Below are positions 1-6,615 of a stretch of DNA of 41,729 nt, in pieces. The notes beneath the pieces were generated by a model. It was not told the DNA's origin. It ran no database searches and saw only the letters and a program-made list of their open reading frames with translations. Made by a program: the position numbers and the translations under genes. Position 1 is the stretch's first letter, and every line of letters starts with the position of its first letter. Source of the stretch: a virus (taxonomy: Duplodnaviria > Caudoviricetes); the IMG/VR virus record IMGVR_UViG_3300027808_000058, positions 1 through 41,729 of that record; one strand, 5' to 3'.

Positions 1-198
1 TCGGATGTGGCAGAAGCACTCCTGCAAGGCATGAGCGTGGTTGCGGTGTACGATGCTATCCCAGCGGGTGTGCCGTCAGCTGATGAAACTGACTTGCGCT
101 TCTTGGACCCAAAAGGCATTATGCTGGGGCTCAAGGCCAAAGGCCGTGCAAAGAAGGACTACAGTGGCTTCGTAATCCGGTTGACTGAGTCAGCTTAA
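1..198 (+). CDS. C-terminal part of a conserved phage protein (GP88/DUF7227-like), truncated by the window start
   Basis: C-terminal motif ADETDLRFLDPKG..LGLKAKGRAKKD.SGFV recalled from this family; frame is open to the window edge. Confidence 0.55.
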   Translation, partial: SDVAEALLQGMSVVAVYDAIPAGVPSADETDLRFLDPKGIMLGLKAKGRAKKDYSGFVIRLTESA

Positions 199-209
199 GA
201 CTGTATAAT
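181..209 (+). promoter_or_regulatory. sigma70-type early promoter
   Basis: TTGACT (181-186), 17 bp, TATAAT (204-209); followed by an AC-rich leader and GGAG at 232. Confidence 0.9.
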
Positions 210-243
210 ATACACTTACACAAACAAATAAGGAGCGAAACTT

Positions 244-525
244 ATGAAGTTCACAACAGAAGCCAATGCAAACGGTACATGCCTTCAAGGTCATATCCAA
301 GCATACTATCATGATTTGGTTGAAGTGTTTGGCCAGCCCGAAGGCGGTGGCGACAAGACTACTGTGGAGTGGTGCTTGGAGTTTGCAGATGGTACAGTGG
401 CTACCATTTACGACTGGAAAGAATACCAAACTCCTATGGGCTTGCATCGCTGGCATATCGGTGGTCACAATAGTGACGCTGTCAATGCCGTCCATGAAAC
501 TTTCTATAACGAGGTGACAGTATGA
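244..525 (+). CDS. small early hypothetical phage protein
   Basis: 93 aa; SD AAGGAG; own promoter; ATGA overlap with the next ORF. Confidence 0.85.
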   Translation: MKFTTEANANGTCLQGHIQAYYHDLVEVFGQPEGGGDKTTVEWCLEFADGTVATIYDWKEYQTPMGLHRWHIGGHNSDAVNAVHETFYNEVTV

Positions 526-788
526 TGTACACTGTGGAAATCTACAAGCGGGATGCTCGTACCAAGTCCGGCGAGCGTCTAGTCAGCAAGACAGACTATG
601 ACGTCACTGAACAGACCATGCTGGAGCATACTGTCAAGCATACTTACAGAGCGAGTCAGGGCTTCCGCTATGAGATCCACGTGACCATGGTCGAGAAGAC
701 CAACATGATGGGTGGTGGCAAGTTCATGGAACGTTATGACACTCCTTACTATTGTTCACCAGCAAGTGAATCCTACTGGAGCATGTAG
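522..788 (+). CDS. small early hypothetical phage protein
   Basis: 88 aa; GAGGTG upstream; coupled to the previous ORF; C-terminal TPYYCSPASESYWSM typical of small phage early proteins. Confidence 0.85.
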   Translation: MMYTVEIYKRDARTKSGERLVSKTDYDVTEQTMLEHTVKHTYRASQGFRYEIHVTMVEKTNMMGGGKFMERYDTPYYCSPASESYWSM

Positions 789-789
789 G

Positions 790-818
790 TTGACTGATTG
801 CCCAAAAGGCAGTATAAT
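790..818 (+). promoter_or_regulatory. sigma70-type early promoter
   Basis: TTGACT (790-795), 17 bp, TATAAT (813-818). Confidence 0.9.
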
Positions 819-846
819 AAACACTTAAACACACACAGGAGCAGAT

Positions 847-1137
847 ATGTTAACCATTCAACAAGTAAACTCAGCAATCATGTTGCAAGTCTGGACGGAT
901 ATAGAACTCCGTAGCATGATTGATGCAGTCAAATGGAACCGTGGCCGATTGGCAGAGCGCACCAAAGCAGGCATCTGCGTGGGCGATAACGTGGAGTTCA
1001 CATCCAGCAAGACAGGACGTTTGACCCGTGGCCATGTGACCAAGAAAGCCATCAAGTACATCACAGTCAACACTGGGCAGGGCTTGTGGCGTGTGCCAGC
1101 CAACATGCTGACCCTGGTTGAAAGAGAGATGGCTTAA
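847..1137 (+). CDS. small early protein with probable SH3-like beta-barrel C-terminus
   Basis: 96 aa; SD AGGAG; pattern VGDNVEF..G.VTK...K.ITV...WRVP..ML. Confidence 0.8.
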   Translation: MLTIQQVNSAIMLQVWTDIELRSMIDAVKWNRGRLAERTKAGICVGDNVEFTSSKTGRLTRGHVTKKAIKYITVNTGQGLWRVPANMLTLVEREMA

Positions 1138-1277
1138 TGACGGAAGCCTTTCTCATCACCATAGAGCTGTGGGTGTTCCTAGGAATCCTGTTGACAGCCT
1201 TGGTGATTGAAGCTATAATTACTACTTACAAACAACACAATGGAGCGAAACATTATGATAACAGCAGAACAGATTAA
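1137..1277 (+). CDS. possible 46-aa membrane peptide (not in ORF track)
   Basis: TAATG stop/start coupling; MTEAFLITIELWVFLGILLTALVIEAIITTY is hydrophobic; it overlaps a promoter, so doubtful. Confidence 0.3.
   Translation: MTEAFLITIELWVFLGILLTALVIEAIITTYKQHNGAKHYDNSRTD
1191..1219 (+). promoter_or_regulatory. sigma70-type early promoter
   Basis: Perfect TTGACA (1191-1196), 17 bp, TATAAT (1214-1219). Confidence 0.92.
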
Positions 1278-1581
1278 AGCAGGCAAGACACTGGCAGAAC
1301 AGGCAAGCATCGCCATGTATGACAGAATGGGTCGCAAGGATGGATACGCCTGTGGCTTTGCTTGGGTAGATGTGTACGTGGATCGAGTCAATTCAAAGCA
1401 GGCCCGAGAGCTGATTGCGGCAGGCTTCAAGAAGGACTACAAACCCAAATGCTTGAGCTTTTGGAATCCCGGCAATCTTCCTGTACAGAACATAGACATC
1501 AAAGAAGCGGGTGCTGATGCCTACGCAGAGTACCTACGTGCCCTGGGCTTGAATGCCTACAGCGGTAGCAGATTGGATTAA
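1255..1581 (+). CDS. early hypothetical phage protein (start moved from 1240 to 1255)
   Basis: GGAG at 1242-1245 precedes the in-frame ATG at 1255; motifs ACGFAWV and KEAGA.AYA..L. Confidence 0.85.
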   Translation: MITAEQIKAGKTLAEQASIAMYDRMGRKDGYACGFAWVDVYVDRVNSKQARELIAAGFKKDYKPKCLSFWNPGNLPVQNIDIKEAGADAYAEYLRALGLNAYSGSRLD

Positions 1582-1591
1582 TCCAAAAGCA

Positions 1592-1620
1592 TAGACAGGC
1601 CCGAAAGGGTCTGTTATAAT
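1592..1620 (+). promoter_or_regulatory. sigma70-type early promoter overlapping a GAAA-tetraloop hairpin
   Basis: TAGACA, 17 bp, TATAAT; stem GACAGGCCC/GGGTCTGTT at 1594-1615. Confidence 0.85.
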
Positions 1621-1651
1621 CTTAAATATTAACAAACGCAAGGAGCGAACA

Positions 1652-2536
1652 ATGGGTAGAGTAGTCACTAGTAAGATGCTGATGGCACTTCAACAAGAAG
1701 TCACAACCAAAAGCCTGGAAACAGAGCCAGTTAAGAAAGACTTGAGCGCAGAGTCAGATGAGTCGATTCTCAATCGTTTGCGTGATCGTTTTGAGATTCT
1801 GGACGACATGACTCGTGCTGTTAAGAAGGGCGATGTACGTGCTATGATTGTGACTGGCCCTCCAGGAGTTGGCAAGAGCTTTGGTGTTGAGAAAGTGTTG
1901 GCCAAACATGATGTGTTCGCCACTGTTGCGGACGACCAGAAGCTGAAGAAGTACGAAGTGGTCAAAGGCGCAATGAGTGCCATTGGACTCTACAGCAAGC
2001 TGTATGAGTATTCAGACAAGAAGTCGATATTGGTGTTTGATGACTGTGACTCGGTGTTACTTGATGACTTGAGTCTTAACATTCTCAAAGCCGCATTGGA
2101 CACCAGCAAGAAGCGCATGATCCATTGGAACACTGACAGCCGCTTGCTACGCTCAGAAGGTGTGCCCAACAGCTTTGAGTTCAAAGGTGGTGCTATCTTC
2201 ATCACCAACATCAAGTTCGATCACGTGAAGAGCAAGAAGCTTCAGGATCACTTGGAAGCATTGGAGTCACGCTGTCACTACTTGGACCTCACCATTGACA
2301 CTGAGCGTGAGAAGTTGTTGCGCATCAAGCAGGTAGTTACTGAGTGTGGCATGCTGGACTCATACGACTTGACGGATGAAGCCAAGCTGGATGTGGTAGA
2401 CTTTGTGGATGCCAACAAGGCTCGTATGCGTGAGCTGAGCTTGCGTACAGTACTAAAGGTAGCGGACTTGCGCTGTAGCTTCCCAGACAAGTGGAAGGCA
2501 GTGGCAGAGGTAACATGTATGCGTGGCTCACGCTAA
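1652..2536 (+). CDS. AAA+ ATPase
   Basis: Walker A GPPGVGKS, Walker B ILVFDDCD, sensor-1 FITN, Arg-finger-like ALESRC. Confidence 0.9.
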   Translation: MGRVVTSKMLMALQQEVTTKSLETEPVKKDLSAESDESILNRLRDRFEILDDMTRAVKKGDVRAMIVTGPPGVGKSFGVEKVLAKHDVFATVADDQKLKKYEVVKGAMSAIGLYSKLYEYSDKKSILVFDDCDSVLLDDLSLNILKAALDTSKKRMIHWNTDSRLLRSEGVPNSFEFKGGAIFITNIKFDHVKSKKLQDHLEALESRCHYLDLTIDTEREKLLRIKQVVTECGMLDSYDLTDEAKLDVVDFVDANKARMRELSLRTVLKVADLRCSFPDKWKAVAEVTCMRGSR

Positions 2537-2540
2537 CGTG

Positions 2541-2710
2541 TACAGCTACAGCATACAGCCGTTAGAAGCTGTAGCTGTAGGCAGTAGGACTGGCCAACGA
2601 TTCGCTCCCGGCAACCAGTCTAAGTAGGAAGAATCAACGCCAAAGCGGCAATGGTTCTTGGATCCCCACCCGTAAATCCGATTCGCTCCCGGTAGGTGGG
2701 GATTTTTTTT
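2541..2710 (+). ncRNA. candidate structured small RNA / 3' UTR element with two anti-RBS loops
   Basis: Four consecutive hairpins; CGATTCGCTCCCGG at 2598-2611 and 2679-2692, each at a hairpin apex; ends in T8. Confidence 0.65.
2660..2710 (+). terminator. intrinsic terminator ending the early transcript
   Basis: ATCCCCACC (2662-2670) pairs with GGTGGGGAT (2695-2703); T8 at 2703-2710. Confidence 0.75.
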
Positions 2711-2861
2711 GGCTGAAGGTTCGGAGGAGGTGGGCACATGAAAAAAGATTCCGGGAGGGGGGTCGGGGTATACAATATAATTGTGTTGTATTTTTGCAAC
2801 AGCGGCAAGCCTTTTTGAGCCCGCAAAAACCAGGGGTGTTGCCAAATCACCACCTCAAAAG

Positions 2862-2917
2862 TTTAAGTACTTGTTTATAATTTTTCTTGCGCTAGAAATT
2901 TGCGGAGCAAAGGACCC
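2862..2917. repeat. copy 1 of a ~55-bp dispersed intergenic repeat
   Basis: TTTAAGTACTT..AATTTTT.TTGCGCT.GAAA.TT..AGGACCC; copy 2 is at 3666-3720. Confidence 0.75.
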
Positions 2918-2929
2918 TCGTGGGGCCTC

Positions 2930-3352
2930 TCAACGTGCGGGTAACTTCCAAGCAGGATCTGGTGGTTCATCTGGTATGGTGAAGCCATTAGCTGTTTTGA
3001 TGTCAGCCGTGGGCTTGTGGCTTCTATGTGCCAGATCCTGCTTACGATCCAGTTGTTGCCGTTGAGCGATTCGATCTTGTACCAATTTTGGCAAGCTGAC
3101 TATGGGCAACTGTTTATTCACAGTCTTTACTATTAGAGCCATATCGGGATTTTCCACCTGCACCAAAGGCTCAACTGCCCGCGCTATACGATCGTATATG
3201 CCTTTGTAATTCTTGTAAGCACTTGCAGGGTTATAAGGACTGTTGTCTCGGATCAGGTCAATCATGTCCGGGCCCATGTAGTGTCTAATCACTTCAGTCA
3301 TACGAGCGTCTGACAGTATGGGATCTGGAGATGTTATTTCGTACAAGCGCAT
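2930..3352 (-). CDS. late hypothetical protein, possible internal head protein
   Basis: Start MRLYEI at 3352 lies 4 nt after a perfect TATAAATA (3357-3364, - strand). Confidence 0.75.
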   Translation of the reverse strand: MRLYEITSPDPILSDARMTEVIRHYMGPDMIDLIRDNSPYNPASAYKNYKGIYDRIARAVEPLVQVENPDMALIVKTVNKQLPIVSLPKLVQDRIAQRQQLDRKQDLAHRSHKPTADIKTANGFTIPDEPPDPAWKLPAR

Positions 3353-3356
3353 GGAA

Positions 3357-3364
3357 TATTTATA
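3357..3364 (-). promoter_or_regulatory. T4-type late promoter
   Basis: Exact TATAAATA on the - strand just upstream of an ATG. Confidence 0.75.
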
Positions 3365-3659
3365 CAGGTGTGCCCCATGCACTGCTGGAATTCTCTCCCA
3401 CACCAATCACACATGCTGTGATGGCAGTGAATTCAATCAAAGTCCACGCACCAGTAGTCAAGTTAACTGTGAGAACTGTGCTGGTACCTTGTTGCGGGTT
3501 TTGACCTTGCCATTGTGGAGTTTCTTTAAAGTCTTCTACTATTGTTTTGAACACCTTTTCAGTTGCATCACACACAACTGGTTTGTTCAAAGTGCGTGAT
3601 TGCGCGGTGGATGTGGCAGTCACAGCCAGCATCATAAGCAGGGCAAAAAAGTTCTTCAT
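3360..3659 (-). CDS. small secreted/periplasmic hypothetical protein
   Basis: Start 3659 (MKNFFALLMMLAVTATSTA) looks like a signal peptide; TAAATA 4 nt upstream; two Cys. Confidence 0.75.
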   Translation of the reverse strand: MKNFFALLMMLAVTATSTAQSRTLNKPVVCDATEKVFKTIVEDFKETPQWQGQNPQQGTSTVLTVNLTTGAWTLIEFTAITACVIGVGENSSSAWGTPV

Positions 3660-3665
3660 ATGGTA

Positions 3666-3720
3666 TTTAAGTACTTCCCCAATTTTTTTTGCGCTGGAAA
3701 ATTCTGCCCCTGCAGGACCC
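3666..3720. repeat. copy 2 of a ~55-bp dispersed intergenic repeat
   Basis: Colinear match to 2862-2917; lies between divergent late promoters. Confidence 0.75.
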
Positions 3721-3739
3721 ATTCGCTAAATAACACACT

Positions 3740-4219
3740 ATGTGGACAGCTTGGCATTCTCCTTCATCCTTGACCCAACTGGAAACCCACCAGATACCTT
3801 ATACCGACAGTGTGGGAGTGTTGGATACTCCACGTGACATCACCACTGTGCGGCCAGTAGTGGGCAACAGCCGCACAGGCGGTGGACTCATCGCCACTGA
3901 AGCCAACAGTGTGTTGTTCACGGGTTTTGGCTTTGTGCTGGGCTCATCCACTGTACAGCAAGTGCAAATACGCTTGACAGTGGGGCGAGTCAGCAGAATA
4001 CAGGACCGACTCATACAGTTGTATTACATCACACCACAGGGCACTAATCTAGCTGACCCAGCCGCTGGTGACGAGCATGTGTACACCCATGACGCAGTGC
4101 TGGGCATTGCTTATGATTCTGCGGATTTTGGCTGTGTGATTGATCTTGCCGCACATCGCCATTATCCCAGTTCCAATAACATTGTGATACGCAGTGTACA
4201 CATGAGACTGATGCTGTGA
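3740..4219 (+). CDS. hypothetical beta-rich protein, possibly virion-associated
   Basis: 159 aa; TAAATA at 3727-3732. Confidence 0.7.
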   Translation: MWTAWHSPSSLTQLETHQIPYTDSVGVLDTPRDITTVRPVVGNSRTGGGLIATEANSVLFTGFGFVLGSSTVQQVQIRLTVGRVSRIQDRLIQLYYITPQGTNLADPAAGDEHVYTHDAVLGIAYDSADFGCVIDLAAHRHYPSSNNIVIRSVHMRLML

Positions 4220-4389
4220 ACCACTTGACCACGGAAACTGTCCAGCGCAACGGCCAAACCTACCATTATGACTCAGAGTCAGACTGTTACCGCTGTGGAT
4301 ACGATTCAGAGGATCTAAGCCATTTTGATCAATTTGGATGGTTATACTTGATTGTGTTACTAACAGCTACAGTATGGATATTAACCTAA
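4216..4389 (+). CDS. 57-aa protein with C-terminal transmembrane helix (not in ORF track)
   Basis: GTGA overlap with the previous stop; ends FGWLYLIVLLTATVWILT. Confidence 0.6.
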   Translation: MNHLTTETVQRNGQTYHYDSESDCYRCGYDSEDLSHFDQFGWLYLIVLLTATVWILT

Positions 4390-4399
4390 TGCGTGAGTA

Positions 4400-4750
4400 C
4401 TATGTGCTTATCCACGCCCACCCAATCAGCAAGCCCAAGTCAAAACTCAGCACCATCAAGCCCGTCATCACTGCCATGTAGTAACCAGTATGCATGATCA
4501 AGTCTCCCCGTTCAAACGGTCGTGGCGGCTCTATCTCACGGCGCGGAGCTTTTTTCTTCACTGTGGCACACTGCCAAGTTTCCTGGTATGCATCTGCTCT
4601 TGTGTGCTCTGCCACACTCACTTGATTGTGCGCCAACACTGTTATCACAACCAGTTCCGATTCCCCAAATTGGCTGTGCCCACTGGGCCTACACTCCAGC
4701 CCTTGTGAGTGTATCACCAAGCCCTGAGCATCTCTTTGTATCAAGTCCAT
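4400..4750 (-). CDS. hypothetical protein with C-terminal transmembrane segment
   Basis: 116 aa; overlaps the upstream ORF; hydrophobic C-terminus. Confidence 0.6.
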   Translation of the reverse strand: MDLIQRDAQGLVIHSQGLECRPSGHSQFGESELVVITVLAHNQVSVAEHTRADAYQETWQCATVKKKAPRREIEPPRPFERGDLIMHTGYYMAVMTGLMVLSFDLGLLIGWAWIST

Positions 4751-4998
4751 TGCAGTAAGAATAAAGTCTTGTATTTGGGTTTACGAAACGCCACGCAGGC
4801 TTGCCAACAGTCTATGGAAGTTCCATTGTGATAGGCCCATTCACTGTAGTGACTGCCTATGTTGCGATTCAGCCATGATTCCATCTCATCCACAGCACTG
4901 ACCCAATCCCATTGATTGTTCACCAATATGATGGGCCAGTGTGCCGTGGCAATGTGCTCAAAGGGATGTATATCAGGAAGGTAATAGCTTCTTGGCAT
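4741..4998 (-). CDS. Trp-rich small hypothetical phage protein
   Basis: 85 aa; TAAATA 5 nt upstream; ends F....KTLFLLQW. Confidence 0.7.
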   Translation of the reverse strand: MPRSYYLPDIHPFEHIATAHWPIILVNNQWDWVSAVDEMESWLNRNIGSHYSEWAYHNGTSIDCWQACVAFRKPKYKTLFLLQWT

Positions 4999-5164
4999 AC
5001 GTTTATTTAGTGTGAGGCAAGCAAGCGTGTAACGGATCTGTAATCTGCGTTTTACCGCTTGCTACTTCGTAGCTTAGGCTTTTCCGGCGCTTCGCGCTTC
5101 GCGCAAAAGGTCCTATATGGGCCCCTGCTAGAATAAATACTCTATAGAGAACAAGGGATTCGGT

Positions 5165-6586
5165 ATGCAGAAAACGCTTAGACAACTCATGGATGACATT
5201 GCTCAAATTGAAGCTGGGTATACCAAGCCACATAGATTAAACAGCTTTAACTTTTATCAGGGTACTTACAATGAAGATTCAAGTTTGGATGAAGTCGCAA
5301 CACAGGGCGGCAAGAAATGGCCCACAGCAGGCGCAGAAATTCGTGCTTTCCAACAGGCCAATCCTCCACTAAAAGTAGACGGACTTATTGGTCAAGCAAC
5401 ACTGGCCAAGCTACAACAATTGGGCTATGTTGCTCCAAAAGGATTTACACCAGTTGCCAGTAAGTCCGCAGTTCCAGGTGCCGCTCCTACTGCTCCACCA
5501 GCCGGATCAGCAGATCCAGCTACCTCACCAAGTGCTAACGGTGCGCAACCAGTTTATAGTATAGATGCTAAAACTATGGCTAATTATAGTCCTGAAGCCA
5601 TACAAGCACGAAACAATGGTAATTTCTTCAGAGTTGCTCGTGATTGGAAAGACGGTACTCCTCCACCAAATCCGGATGGCGACTACGCAAGTACCAGTGG
5701 TAAAGTACAACGTCCAGAGATCATGAAGATAGAAGCTGATCAACAATGGGCGGCCACAGATGGCAATAAAATATTTGTCAACTACGATGGAACCCCCATT
5801 GTTTCGCAGAACAAAAGTACTTGGCCCACTGATCCAAAACATCCGTATTATCACTTTGTGTTCACTGGCACTTCCGGTGAGCATGGCGGCAAAATACGCC
5901 AAGGTCAACGCTATGATCCTTTACGATGGAAATTGAGCAGTTTATTAAAGAAAGATATTCACGGCAAGACACAACTTGATTATAGAACACCAAATAAAGT
6001 ATGTCCTGTTGTAGGAGGCAACGTTCCAGGCTACACCCAAGGTAATGTTCAGAATGTTTGGGGCAAATTAAAATTTAGTGAGTATGGACATGAATTACAA
6101 GCAGGGTGGGTTGGGTCGCAAGGCGGCGCACTTATGTTATCATGGATTCCTATGACATTTACCCGTCCGGACGAAATTGATCAAGCACTGCTGGCCGCAG
6201 TGGAAGAGATAGGCGATGAAGCACAGGGAATATGGGAAAAGTACCACGATATAGGAAAAGTTTCAAAACTAGCTAAGATTAGTTTTCCCAGTCCGTTTGG
6301 TAATGCAATGGGTAATCAATTTGTTGCTACTAAAGGCAAAATTTCTTGGCATTTTGCTTGTGGAAACGTATTTGTCAGAAGTCAATCGGCATCGGGTCCA
6401 CACGTTGATCAAATTACAATATATTACTTTGGGCCAAGTAACGAATGGGCCAGTACAGGTTCATCTGGAATGGCGGCATTATGCGCTGGCTTAAAACTAG
6501 TTAATGGTGTTGAACCGTTGGCCAAAATAACTCCGCCAGTTAACGAAGAACTAGCACAGCTAATAAAACTGGCAAAATTAACCTAA
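5165..6586 (+). CDS. peptidoglycan-binding-domain protein (paralog A), putative internal head protein
   Basis: PG_binding_1-like EIRAFQQANPPLKVDGLIGQATLAKL; TAAATA upstream; C-terminal EELAQLIKLAKL. Confidence 0.8.
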   Translation: MQKTLRQLMDDIAQIEAGYTKPHRLNSFNFYQGTYNEDSSLDEVATQGGKKWPTAGAEIRAFQQANPPLKVDGLIGQATLAKLQQLGYVAPKGFTPVASKSAVPGAAPTAPPAGSADPATSPSANGAQPVYSIDAKTMANYSPEAIQARNNGNFFRVARDWKDGTPPPNPDGDYASTSGKVQRPEIMKIEADQQWAATDGNKIFVNYDGTPIVSQNKSTWPTDPKHPYYHFVFTGTSGEHGGKIRQGQRYDPLRWKLSSLLKKDIHGKTQLDYRTPNKVCPVVGGNVPGYTQGNVQNVWGKLKFSEYGHELQAGWVGSQGGALMLSWIPMTFTRPDEIDQALLAAVEEIGDEAQGIWEKYHDIGKVSKLAKISFPSPFGNAMGNQFVATKGKISWHFACGNVFVRSQSASGPHVDQITIYYFGPSNEWASTGSSGMAALCAGLKLVNGVEPLAKITPPVNEELAQLIKLAKLT

Positions 6587-6615
6587 ATAATTTATAAGAG
6601 AACAAAGGATTCATT

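Noticed and set aside
2598-2692. Mini CRISPR array
   Set aside because: Only two 14-bp copies 81 bp apart, and no cas genes in the window.
2585-2705. tRNA gene suggested by the T-arm-like GATTCGCTCCC
   Set aside because: No cloverleaf, D-arm or anticodon arm; motif is not GTTCRA and sits at two independent hairpin apices.
2546-3065. ORFs 2546-2845, 2620-2853 and 2781-3065
   Set aside because: No RBS, odd composition, and they overlap structured or tract-rich non-coding DNA.
5003-5233. 76-aa - strand ORF
   Set aside because: Spans promoters and hairpins and overlaps the 5165 gene antisense.
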